Source: an uncultured bacterium
Lineage (GTDB): Bacteria; Verrucomicrobiota; Verrucomicrobiia; Limisphaerales; UBA8199
Reading direction: 5' to 3'
NCBI GenBank assembly: GCA_963749495.1
Contig: CAVVMW010000006.1
Location: 768,001-832,000, forward strand
DNA: 64,000 nt
Shown one piece after another: positions 10,624 through 20,368 of this stretch. The position numbers and the translations under genes are program-made. The number at the start of each line of letters is the position of its first letter. Within the stretch, counting starts at the first letter, position 1. Under the pieces are notes generated by a model. That model made no database searches. It saw only the letters and a program-made list of their open reading frames with translations, and was not told the origin of the DNA.

Positions 10624-10946
10624 CAGGGTGGAGTGGTGGAGCAGTTTCCCAACATCAAACGTATAAGAATCGATCACCTCGTTGGCAGCCGGGACCTCAA
10701 AGAGCCAAGAGTTTGTTGATTTTCTCTCAGGGTGGGGTGGTGGAGCATTTCCTGAAGTTAAACATATAAAAGACAAAGAACATCACCTGGTATCCCCCCA
10801 GCCCCAGCAAATGTGCGGTTTATATACGATCAATCTTGGAAAAGTGCTCCACCACTCCACCCTCTTGCCTGCCGTGATCGTCGTCAGCAACATCACGCTG
10901 CTTTTACACGTTTGATGTTGGAAAAGTGCTCCACCACTCCACCCTG
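10624..10946. repeat. four ~43-bp repeats, two direct then two inverted (ori/iteron-like)
   Basis: Consensus CAGGGTGGAGTGGTGGAGCACTTTTCCAACATCAAACGTATAAA at 10624-10666(+), 10728-10770(+), 10819-10863(-), 10902-10946(-). Confidence 0.9.
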
Positions 10947-10956
10947 ACGGCCCCTC

Positions 10957-11292
10957 TTGATCGCCGCCAAGCATCCCAACCCAACTACGGCGCTCAATCG
11001 TGCTCGCCTTGAAGCGTGGGAAGGCAGCTCGACAACCCTGGAGACGCGCCTGGTCAACCCGCCCAGCAAAATCATCCACGAGGCAAGAAAGCTCCTCACC
11101 TGGCAAAACTCGTGTGGTACTTACCTGGGCCGTCTTGAGGACTCAGAAAATGAGCATATTGCCGGTAGAGCGACCAGCCACAGACGCAACGGCCAAACAG
11201 TCTGGACGACTCAACCACCGAGATGCCCTGACCAGGTAATCAAACCTGCCAATGCTGAGCCAGAGCAGGATCTGCCACGTCCACCGGCCTGA
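10957..11292 (+). pseudogene. C-terminal winged-helix fragment of a primase/helicase-like protein
   Basis: WEGSSTTLETRL..EARKLL..CGTYLGRL..TVWTTQPP; no convincing start; a similar VWTINPP tail occurs in 10361..10543. Confidence 0.45.
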
Positions 11293-12046
11293 TCGGTGAG
11301 TTGAGGCGTCCATATTCAAGGGGGGTTCAGGGTTTTCCCTCGACCGCCCCCTTTCATATCCGGGTGCCAGGCCAAAACCGCGACAAAACGCGCAAGAGTT
11401 CCCCAAAACGCCGCGCTTGAAATCAGTCTAAGCAAGCTACAGAAGGTAATCCTGGAGCAGGGGTGATTACTGAACATCGGAGTTTCCGCTCAGGCCCTCG
11501 ACGTGCCTGAAGGGTTGGAACGTCCCTCGAAAAACCGTCGCTGCTCCTCCAGAGTTGCCGCCCAAGCGAAATTGTCTGGTAGTTCTGTAACGTAATTCAG
11601 GCGCGTCTCAAGCAGAGCTATATGAATGATACACAGTGAATTAAACACCGCGTCGTTTGTTCTATCGCCGACAGCTTCGACGTATTCGAGTAGCTTGCCA
11701 ATACCGCTCATCCCGTAAGTATGTTCCTTGAAATCGCGAAAACTCGCCTTATCCCCACCTTCATCAAAAGAATAGGGTTTCACCGTGTGGGCGCAGTCGT
11801 TTCGGAGTTTCCGCAAGATGTCATAGCAGCACGCTGCCTCAGCGGAAATCAAACCTATTCGGTGAGCCATTTCGATTCGCGAAGCAAAGCTGCCCAGCGG
11901 CCCCATGCTCCCGAACAGTTTATCCTCCTTATTCCGAGGGCGTTTCAGACACTTTTTCAAAAGACCGCAAAGAAGTTCATCTACGTGGGCACCCAAGATT
12001 ATGATTCTTCCCCGCTGCGATTCAGTCTTCAGGGCTTCAAAAAACG

Positions 12047-13725
12047 GGTCCCCCGCACAATTTGTGGGTGAAACATCTGGACACGTGTTCAGTTCGGAGG
12101 GTTGACGTTGGTGAGTTGGGCGGTCGTGGAACATCCCGCGGCACGCTCCGCGACGAATCGAGCGGCCTAACGGCCGGAGAAGGACTTCAAGCAATTCCGG
12201 CGCGGCCAGGGTATGGCTCCGGGCGGGGCTGTCAAGGTATTGCTCGCCACGTGCCCTCGTGCCCTGCTGCGCTCCACCTTGACAGCCCCGCCCTCCGCCA
12301 TGATGCGCCGCTAAGGAATTGCTGGTGAAGGTGTGCTTGGCTCGGAGGGCTGCCCAGCGCCACAAAGCGATAGCTGATCTGCCTGGCTTGCGGTAGCCTG
12401 CGAGATGTGAAAAGCACGCCCGCCACCGAGCGGCAGACCAGCTATGCAATTGAAGGTTAAGACGGTTCTCAACGACATTCAACACTTTGTGGGCTTCGTT
12501 TACCAGGACATCCGCTTGTGCCGGGACCGCCGAGGCCGTGGCCAGCGGCTCGAGATCACCCTCCAACCCCATGGCGGCATTCCCGCCAAGTGCTCCCGGT
12601 GCCTGCAGCCAGTCCCCGGCTATGATCAGTTGCCCCAGCGGTCCTGGCTGTTTCCGCCGATGTGGGGCGTCAAGACCTATTTCCTCTACCCCCCGCGGCG
12701 GGTCAATTGTCCGCAGGACGGGGTGGTCGTCGAGCATATCCCCTGGAGCCAGGGCAAGCGGCCGGTGACGACGGCGATGATGGGCCTCTTGGCCCGGTGG
12801 GCCCGGCGGCTGTCCTGGAAGGAAACCGCCCAGGCCTTCCACACCAGTTGGGAGGCCGTCTACCGTTCGGTGCAGTGGTTCGTCCAATGGGGTTTGGAGC
12901 ACCGGCGCCTGGAGGGTGTGGAGGCCATCGGAGTGGACGAGATCCATTGGGGCAAGGGCCAGAAGGCCGACAACTTCCTGACGGTGATTTACCAGATTGA
13001 CCCCCACTGTCGGCGCTTGCTGTGGCTGGGTCGGCGGCGCACTCAAGCCACGTTGCGGCGGGGCTTGGCAGAATTGGGAGCCCCGGTGGTCAGCGCTCTG
13101 AAGTATGTGTGCAGCGACATGTGGAAGCCCTACCTGAAGGTGATCGCGGCCAAGATACCGCAGGCGCTCAACGTGCTGGACCGCTTTCATATCGTGGGGC
13201 ACCTCAACGAGGCGGTGGACGAGGTGCGCCGGGGCGAGCAGTCGCGCTTGCACGGCCGGCCCCTGGCTCAGCGGCTCAAGGGCATGCGCTGGCAGTTGTT
13301 GCGCCGGGGCAGCCGGGTGCGGGGCCGTGCCCGCTCCAAGCTCAACGCCCTGTTGGCCAGCAAGCTGGCGACGGCACGGGCCTGGAACCTCAAGGAGAGC
13401 TTCGACTACCTTTGGCACTACCGTTCTCCGATCTATGTGGTGGCCTATCTGGGTTATTGGTGCGCTCGAGCCATGCGCAGCCGGCTCGAACCAATGAAGA
13501 AGGTGGCCCGGATGCTGCGCGCCCATGAGCCGTTGATCTTGAATTGGTTCGAGGCCAAAGGTGAGCTCTCCAGCGCCGCCGTCGAGGGCCTGAACAACAA
13601 GATTCGAGTGGTAACCAGACGATCTTACGGCTTCCGCACCTATCCAGCCATGGAATTGGCCCTGTATCATTGCCTTGGCCGCTTACCTGAGCCTCGACTT
13701 ACCCATACATTCTGCTGACCAGTCC
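12047..13725 (+). mobile_element. ISL3-family element
   Basis: GG-started imperfect TIRs (GGTCCCCCGCACAATTTGTGGGT vs GGACTGGTCAGCAGAATGTATGGGT); 8-bp TSD AAAAAACG at 12039-12046 and 13726-13733. Confidence 0.9.
12444..13718 (+). CDS. ISL3-family transposase
   Basis: CSRC..RVNCP zinc finger, IGVDE, CSDMW, LDRFH, VEGLNNKI..RRSYGFR. Confidence 0.95.
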   Translation: MQLKVKTVLNDIQHFVGFVYQDIRLCRDRRGRGQRLEITLQPHGGIPAKCSRCLQPVPGYDQLPQRSWLFPPMWGVKTYFLYPPRRVNCPQDGVVVEHIPWSQGKRPVTTAMMGLLARWARRLSWKETAQAFHTSWEAVYRSVQWFVQWGLEHRRLEGVEAIGVDEIHWGKGQKADNFLTVIYQIDPHCRRLLWLGRRRTQATLRRGLAELGAPVVSALKYVCSDMWKPYLKVIAAKIPQALNVLDRFHIVGHLNEAVDEVRRGEQSRLHGRPLAQRLKGMRWQLLRRGSRVRGRARSKLNALLASKLATARAWNLKESFDYLWHYRSPIYVVAYLGYWCARAMRSRLEPMKKVARMLRAHEPLILNWFEAKGELSSAAVEGLNNKIRVVTRRSYGFRTYPAMELALYHCLGRLPEPRLTHTFC

Positions 13726-13855
13726 AAAAAACGTATGCACCCGCTTCTCCGCCTCTTGCTGGCTGGTACTCTTTGGGGATGTCATTTCTTCTGGGGGTTC
13801 ATTAGTTTTTCGTGGCACGTAAGGTCAGGCCGTTTGCCTCACACGAGGACGGACC

Positions 13856-14368
13856 TCACGCTGCGCCTTCATCAGGGTCGAGGTTCAAGCGAATAGTGCC
13901 CCCACGACCGTCAGGGGTCATCCGAACGGTAAATCCCTGATTCCGATACCAATCAGGCAGATGAGGGGTATCTTGGAGGTTCTGAGGATGCAACATTCCC
14001 GTGATTTGTCTAAACCTTCCGCTGAGGCGGGCTTGGTCGATAATGAGCCGAAGAAATGCGGCTCCAGCACCACGCCCTCGGTAGTTTTGTGCGGCGGGCT
14101 GCGATGCGGCAGGCTGCGGTGCGGCGGGCTGCGGTGCGGCGGGAGGGGCAGCGATGCCGTAGATTTCGATATTCCCAAGGTACAAGTTCTCCCCGTGGAA
14201 TTCACAATTCGCCTCCCCAATCTCCCGTTCTTCGAGCAGGAGTCGCAAATCCCAACCGTCATCCAAGCGCATAAAGCGCACCGAGTAGGTTGTTCCCGCG
14301 TTGTCCTGTATCGTGTGCCGCTCTTCCGTAAAGCCTGCCAATTCTTCGTCTCCCATAGTGTCGTCCAA
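13856..14368 (-). CDS. GNAT-family acetyltransferase
   Basis: YRGRGAG acetyl-CoA motif, WYRNQGF; 15-bp tandem repeat encoding PAAPQ; start may be ATG 14356. Confidence 0.75.
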   Translation of the reverse strand: MDDTMGDEELAGFTEERHTIQDNAGTTYSVRFMRLDDGWDLRLLLEEREIGEANCEFHGENLYLGNIEIYGIAAPPAAPQPAAPQPAASQPAAQNYRGRGAGAAFLRLIIDQARLSGRFRQITGMLHPQNLQDTPHLPDWYRNQGFTVRMTPDGRGGTIRLNLDPDEGAA

Positions 14369-14448
14369 GGTTAAAGGTCAATATGCGCCAAAAAAATCAG
14401 AAAGCCCCGTGAAATCAAGCGTTTTCGTGGGTTGGGTGAATTGTTGAC

Positions 14449-14550
14449 AACCATCACGATGACAGTGTCCCCGTACCCGGCGTTCACCTCGACTTCAACC
14501 GGGTACGCCTCGATGCCGTTGACAGCGGCAGAACAGACCTTGGCCAACAT
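14449..14550 (-). pseudogene. comM: 5' fragment of comM/yifB (Mg-chelatase-like AAA ATPase), island junction
   Basis: MLAKVCSAAVNGIEAYPVEVEVNAGYGDTVIVMV then loss of similarity just before the expected GLPD motif. Confidence 0.85.
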
Positions 14551-15204
14551 GGGGGAAGTGTTGACTGAGGCGGGACAAAAACGCAATCGGGAATTCCGCG
14601 ATCTGCAGTCAGGAAGTGTTGGCGGAGGGGCAGTGCATAGCCTTCACCGGCAGTGACGGTGTGGATTTAGCCAAAGGCGTGTCACGAAACCGGCGTCCGA
14701 CGCCCTCGCGGCCACGAAAACACGGACAGACGGCGTTGCCAGTCGCCAATTATCAAATCACCCGTGTAGCGTTAATACCCGGCGACGCGGCAGAAAAGCC
14801 AATTGGGCAAGATGTAGCGCATAACATCTGGGTGTTTGGCCTGAGCGTTAGGCACCAACTGGTCTTTCTTTGTTTTCAGGGAGGCAGGTTTGGTATGTCT
14901 TGCCGATGGAAGACCGTGTTTTTCACCCCAGACGCCCTTTGGGAAACGCCAGTCCATACCTCTCTTTTTCTCAGGGGGGCAGTGCAGCATGTTCTGTATA
15001 TCCGGAGAAGTAAAAATTATAAGGGGTAGTAAGGGAGGAGTGGATTGACTCCTTTGCCCAGCCAAACATAGGGAACTTGCCTCCCTGCCACCACCAACCC
15101 CAATTTGGTTTCCAGGGACAAGATTTGCCAAACTTGCCCCCCTGCCTCTACCAATCCTGTCACGTGGTTTCCTGGGTGGGATGTTCGCGAGTCGCCTCCC
15201 TGGG

Positions 15205-15765
15205 CTATTTCTTCCGCTTCCGGACGAACCGATCAAGTATTGGCTCACTGATTCTTGCCACCGCCAGGAGTTGCCCTGCGACATCATCAAGGACTGTGCT
15301 ATCCTTGTGCAGTTGCCAGAGCACCTCCGGCCTTGCCCAATTTGCAGCTGGCGAACGCATCTCAATCCTTGCCTCCCACCAAGAATGTGTGCGCGCCGAT
15401 GGTTGTAGCCTCCTGACCGCATCCAACAACCCCAGGCAGAAAGGTCGTCTCCCAACGAGCCTTTTGTCCCGCGCCACACCGAACACCATGTCTTCGCCAT
15501 GCTCACCAAATTGTAATTGAATGGCGTACTCGTCTTCCCAAGCAGGCTTCCGAAAATCGTAACCGGCATACGTATCAACGAAACAGTTTCCCCATCGCTC
15601 GGACTTCCATCCCTTCAACTGCTTCATCAGCCGCAAATCCAGGCGATTCAAGAAATCGGAAACGATCTCCCCTCTGGCTTCTGACCATGCTTCCCCGACT
15701 GCTGCGGCGAGCTGAAGGTTGTGTTCACTCTTCAAAATATACTTTTGGATGGGGTCATTTTTCAT
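15205..15765 (-). CDS. hypothetical protein coupled to PD-(D/E)XK nuclease
   Basis: 186-aa ORF overlapping the end of the upstream nuclease. Confidence 0.65.
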   Translation of the reverse strand: MKNDPIQKYILKSEHNLQLAAAVGEAWSEARGEIVSDFLNRLDLRLMKQLKGWKSERWGNCFVDTYAGYDFRKPAWEDEYAIQLQFGEHGEDMVFGVARDKRLVGRRPFCLGLLDAVRRLQPSARTHSWWEARIEMRSPAANWARPEVLWQLHKDSTVLDDVAGQLLAVARISEPILDRFVRKRKK

Positions 15766-16619
15766 CTGCTGCCTTGTCTTGGTCGTTCTCCGAAATCCGT
15801 TCCAATACCGATTCGATGTAAGCTACGAAGTCCGATATGAAATCACCAATGCGGCGCGCTTCACAACGCTCACGACATTCCTCCAGCCAAGCGCGAAGCT
15901 CATTGTGATAGCTCCAGCAGTGCAGCCTCCCGTTCAGTTGCTGCTGCCTCAGCGCCACCGGATCAAGAGATTGAGGTGATCTGCCGTCAGGGGTCAGGTA
16001 AATCAGAGTGCTTTGGACCTGGCCGCCTCGTGTGCATTTGTCGAGGTGCGCCAGGTAGTCCTTCACCTGTTCCGGTTGCTCCAGAGAATCCACCTTGTTT
16101 TCGATCGCCAGCAACGCCCCGGCCTCGACCAACACATCCATCCTCCGGCGGTATTTCAGGATGCCGTGGGTGGGAGCCTCACGCTGAACTTTGCCATTCT
16201 TCGTGAGTTTGGCATCTGAGCCTAGACCCACCTGTTTGAAGAGCAGCCGCAGAAACAGATCGCCTTGGCCGTGGTTGCCTTTGGGATCAAGCAGACACGC
16301 CAAAATATCCGACAACTTGTTCTCATCCGGCTCGATCAGGTCAAACACATTGAATCCCGTCGCGTGGCGCTTGTCCATACGGCGCTGTTTCGTCTGTGCC
16401 CGTTCCACCCGATGGCTGATGACACCGAAGAATTGCTCCACCTCGGGAAGACCCAGCGACGGGCGCCTAGGAGCCAAACACCAAATGCGTTTCTGACTGT
16501 TCCGTTCGAGATCTGATATCAGCAAAGAACTGTTCCAGTTCAGACCTGCTCACAGGGTAGCGCGATGAGCCACGAATTACTGGCGAAGCGACTGTAACAG
16601 TAGTGCTCACACGAGGCAT
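15755..16619 (-). CDS. PD-(D/E)XK nuclease (PDDEXK_4-type); possible N-terminal frameshift
   Basis: ENKLSDILACLLDPKGNHGQG, RMDVLV..IENKV..EQPEQVKDY, IYLTPDG; upstream frame MPRVS.. at 16619. Confidence 0.85.
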
Positions 16620-16739
16620 TATGGCAAACGTGAGCGAGGCGTCAAGCGGCAAATGTGGCACAGATGGGACGGTTGTCTTCCAAGCTGGGGTCACCGAATT
16701 CACTCCGAAAAGAAAGTTGCATTTTCTTTCACTTTTTTC

Positions 16740-16768
16740 TTGTACTGCTCCATCATGTCTGCTAAACT
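16740..16768 (+). promoter_or_regulatory. sigma70-type promoter
   Basis: TTGTAC-17 nt-TAAACT with extended TG, in AT-rich intergenic region before 17051. Confidence 0.45.
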
Positions 16769-17050
16769 AATTGTATAAATGAGTTAGGCACCCACACCCG
16801 CTGAACCACGATCCAGCAGCCCTGCCCAATGTCGAGGCAGACCAGGCCAAGCAGCATCGAGCCCAAGGTGCAGGAGCCACATCACAAGGAGTAGATTATG
16901 CTTTTATCCGTAGAACCACGAGACAACGTTGCTGGATTGATTTCTCCCATCGTGGTGTGCGGGTAGAAAACAAGGGCTCGCAGTTGGAGTGGTGCCCTTC
17001 TGCGAGCCCATCCACCAATCTCAACACCAGCACCTGAAAGAACGCACGCC

Positions 17051-17656
17051 ATGAACACCTACCCTCCCTCTTCTCAGCAATCTAAAGAACCAGGTCAGGC
17101 CATCGCTGAATTGACAGCACTGCCTTACCGCGCGTACCAGTCACCTTCAAGAAACGAGAACACCTTGATCATGCTGCCTCCCCTGCCTGACACATCCAAC
17201 TGGCCTCTTCCGAGACCAGTTCTATGTCCAGGTCCAGGTCCCCAACCACAAGAATCAAGGGCCATTGTCAGGATAACAAGCCCACCTCGAACTCAACCAG
17301 ATATTGAAGACCGCCTGATTACGGAGTTTCATGACCAAACCCAGCCTTGGCACATCGATCTTCCTCAACTCCTCATCAACCTCGGCCAAAAGCTGATCGA
17401 ACATGAGCAAGCTGACAAGTGGTTGACCATGCCCCAGGTTTCAGAGTTCTGCAGGCGATACCGGCTCAACTGGAAACACCAAACCACCAAGGCCAAGGAT
17501 CTTCAGCGGTACGGCATGGAGTATTTCGCAAACCACACAGATATTATGGGCGGTGGTGTCAAGGTGGAGTACAGAACCGAATGGAACGAGAACAAGACCC
17601 GCGAGATCCTGTTCCTCCAATTCCGCAAGCTCTATCCTGACGGAACCTGCAATTAA
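17051..17656 (+). CDS. hypothetical protein
   Basis: 201-aa ATG ORF, Pro-rich N-terminus. Confidence 0.6.
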   Translation: MNTYPPSSQQSKEPGQAIAELTALPYRAYQSPSRNENTLIMLPPLPDTSNWPLPRPVLCPGPGPQPQESRAIVRITSPPRTQPDIEDRLITEFHDQTQPWHIDLPQLLINLGQKLIEHEQADKWLTMPQVSEFCRRYRLNWKHQTTKAKDLQRYGMEYFANHTDIMGGGVKVEYRTEWNENKTREILFLQFRKLYPDGTCN

Positions 17657-17672
17657 CCCTCAATCAACGAAT

Positions 17673-18206
17673 ATGAACATGATCCAATCGAACGTAATGG
17701 CCCACGACGCCATAATGACACCCCCACCAGCAGCCAAAGGCACGACCCCTCCAGAGCAGGCAGGGATCAATTCCGACCTTGAGTGCCGGATGGGAGTGCT
17801 TGAGCAGTTCCAGAACATCAGCGACCAACCACCTCAACTTCCAGATTGGATCGATGAAACCAGAAAGACCAGGGCCGAGAAGCGCCTGGATGCCAGCTTG
17901 AGGAGAATGGAAATCGAGCAAAAAGCACGACTATTGGCAGAAACTCAACAAAGAATCGCAGAAGCCCGGCGCAAGTTTGAATCCCGTGAAGGTCGCAATG
18001 ATGAGGAAATCCCCAGAGTTCCATCGAGCGTAGAAGACATGTTCCAGGCAATGAAGGCCAGGGAGGAACTGGTGGCCATGGAACGCGAGCAAAAGGAGGA
18101 ACTGCTGGCGAACACACTGGAATCGCTTGGGCGGCAGTTCGGAGACAATTGGCCGCTAACCCTCAACAACGCAGAGACCTCAAAGCAACCAAGAAGGAGC
18201 AATTAA
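17673..18206 (+). CDS. hypothetical coiled-coil protein
   Basis: ATG 17673 within ORF 17553..18206; charged helical C-half. Confidence 0.6.
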   Translation: MNMIQSNVMAHDAIMTPPPAAKGTTPPEQAGINSDLECRMGVLEQFQNISDQPPQLPDWIDETRKTRAEKRLDASLRRMEIEQKARLLAETQQRIAEARRKFESREGRNDEEIPRVPSSVEDMFQAMKAREELVAMEREQKEELLANTLESLGRQFGDNWPLTLNNAETSKQPRRSN

Positions 18207-18210
18207 ATCC

Positions 18211-19217
18211 ATGAAGCCTGAATTGCGTACGCCAGCCCAAGCGAAGGAGTTGGAGACGGCCCGGAAGTTGTGGCGGGAGTCTGAGTGGCGTTTGGGGTTC
18301 CTGAGAACGGAAACCGGCACTACGACTCCCGAACCAAATGACGAGGAGATTTTGCAATGGTATCACCTACACCAGAAGTAATCCACGACCAGCTCAGCGC
18401 GGCCAGGTTGCAGCTCAAGAAGTGGCAACCTGACCCTTGGCCGCTCATGGATTATGCCATTGACCGGAAGCCAACCACGCCCTCCGAATGGTTCAGCAAG
18501 ATGTTTCCGGAGCAGAGCAGGATCTATGGCTGCGGATTCATCGAGTTGGTGGAGGATCGAGCTGACGGCCTGAGGAGAATGAACCCCCTGGCACAAAACC
18601 TCGACTTCCTGGCTTCCATTCTGGGTGGCGATGAAAAGATGGGGCACAAGGTCATTTATCTGGAGGGCGAGATGCAGTGGTACTATCTCGATCCAAAGGA
18701 CGGGCTCTTCAAACCCACGAGCGACGAGAAATTAGCCAATCTGCTTCGTGCCCTGCTGATCCGTTGCGCCGAAGAGCTACCAGATACCGTCCACAAGCTC
18801 AACCTCTTTCTGGAGTTCCGCTCTGACAAAACCATCCGGGCTGTAATTCACCGGGCCAAATCAATCCTCGCGGCCGACCACACCTTTTTCAGCGTCGACT
18901 CCAAGAACCAAAGGCAGAAGGGGCCGGAAATCCATGAGCGGCTGGCAAGGGTATTCGTTGAGCAGGTGTTGGAGAGGCAGCCAGGTGAGTTTTTGACTTT
19001 GAGCAACGCCTACCTGATTTTCACCGAGTTTCTGAAGTCGAAGAGCATGGTGCCGGTGAAGAGGACCGTATTCAAAGGGATGTTCTGTCCCTTGGTTCGT
19101 GAAACCTTCAATGTGGGCCTTCGACATGACATAATCAACCCAGAAACCCAGAAACAAGGGGACGGCTGGAAAGGGATCCGTGCCCTCCATCTTGAAGCCG
19201 GCGTGGTGGGTGCGTAA
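18211..19217 (+). CDS. primase/D5-associated protein with C-terminal winged helix (frameshift near 18375)
   Basis: AGGAG RBS + ATG 18211; C-terminus FVEQVLE..LTLSNAY..F.EF..GLRHD..GWKGI resembles P4/D5 primase C-terminal domains; no Walker A seen. Confidence 0.55.
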
Positions 19218-19440
19218 AATGCCCGCATTGTATAAACCCGCCGTCCCGATTACCCCGATGATCCACAAATCGCACGCATTAGTACCTGGGGGGCATTTGA
19301 ACGGGCCTGATTATGTGAACGTACCGGAAGGAGGTCAAAACGCTTCCTGGGGCATTTGGGTATCAATCAAGGGCAAATGTATAACAACGGCTTATCTTTA
19401 AGTTTCTCCGGCATCAAGACCCGAGCAGAGAGCCCGAACC

Positions 19441-19761
19441 GTGAACCTGTTGCTGGCGTCCGATTCACCTGCAGCTTTTGTCCGGTCTTGCCTAGTTGTG
19501 AGAAGGAATGCGGAGTTGGGGGTGGCCGAACTGTGCGCGCATTATCAAAGTTGGTGGCGTTTGAACAATGTCAGACCATTTTCATCGAGACCTTTTACGT
19601 TTCACGCGAAGGAGGAGATTGAAATTGGGATGGGATTGAAATTGAGACATGATTTGGAGGGCGGAAATGGTAAGGCGAGAAGAGGTTGGCGTGGATTGGC
19701 GCTGGTTGGGCATGATGAGGTCGAAAAAGTCGACAAAGGGTCCTCTGGGTCCGTAGCGTGA
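19441..19761 (+). pseudogene. P4/D5-type primase C-terminal winged-helix fragment
   Basis: SDSPAAFVRSCL..ELCAHYQSW..LRHDL..RGWRGLAL, paralogous to the C-terminus of 18211..19217. Confidence 0.55.
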
Positions 19762-19924
19762 ATCGGATGGGAGAAGATCACACACATTCGACTCCAAGGG
19801 ACTTTCCCGCGCTTCGCTCTCGAACCCCCGCCACGAAGGCAAGATGCGTCCTCGGTCATCGGGCAATCAAGGCGGGCCAAAGCACTAACACGGCTACGGC
19901 TTCCCCAATCACCAAGAAAGTGGT

Positions 19925-20359
19925 TCACTGCTCAAAAAGCCGATAAAACCGTTGCGGCACATTGGGCGCGGAATCCGTCACCGTTTTCGTTGTGCCGTCG
20001 CCCGCAACGCTGGGCAAGTTGTGCCAATTCAAAGCCTCAAGGGAATCGACATATTGCACCGTGTACGTTCTTCCCGGTTCCGTTTGGAACGAGACCAGAA
20101 AGCTGTTTCCGACTTTCATTGGGGCGAAAATGGTGGGCGCTGGCCAGATCCAAAAGCCGCCTTGAATGGAGAAGCGGCTGCCCCTTGGCGCGGCGGCAAG
20201 AGGCTGGGCGACGGTGCTGCCCAACTGAAACTGGCTGCCGGTGCTGAACGTTATGCCGCCACCAGCTATCACGCTCCGGGCGATGGTGAAGCGGCTGCCG
20301 CTTTGAGCAAGAGGAGTTCCCGAAAGCGAGATGACGAGAAGCAGGATCAACATTTTCAT
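19925..20359 (-). CDS. secreted protein with Verrucomicrobia-type C-terminal domain
   Basis: Signal peptide, SVIAGGG..GGFW, GRTYTVQY..W..VTD..QRFYRL. Confidence 0.75.
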   Translation of the reverse strand: MKMLILLLVISLSGTPLAQSGSRFTIARSVIAGGGITFSTGSQFQLGSTVAQPLAAAPRGSRFSIQGGFWIWPAPTIFAPMKVGNSFLVSFQTEPGRTYTVQYVDSLEALNWHNLPSVAGDGTTKTVTDSAPNVPQRFYRLFEQ

Positions 20360-20368
20360 GATCGCAAC

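Larger units (their letters stand above)
11490..13785 (-). pseudogene. MtlR-family (HEPN superfamily) protein interrupted by ISL3
   Basis: Reconstructed MTSPKSTSQQEAEKRVHTFFEALKTESQRGRIII..GPLGSFASRI..RKLRNDCAH after removing IS and one TSD. Confidence 0.85.

Noticed and set aside
10624..10946. CRISPR array
   Set aside because: Repeats switch orientation, spacing is irregular and no cas operon is present.
11490..13670. 726-aa minus-strand ORF as a real protein
   Set aside because: It is the antisense of the ISL3 transposase running into the 3' part of the interrupted MtlR gene.
14090..14145. 15-bp tandem repeat as a functional array
   Set aside because: Simple in-frame slippage giving a PAAPQ loop inside the GNAT.
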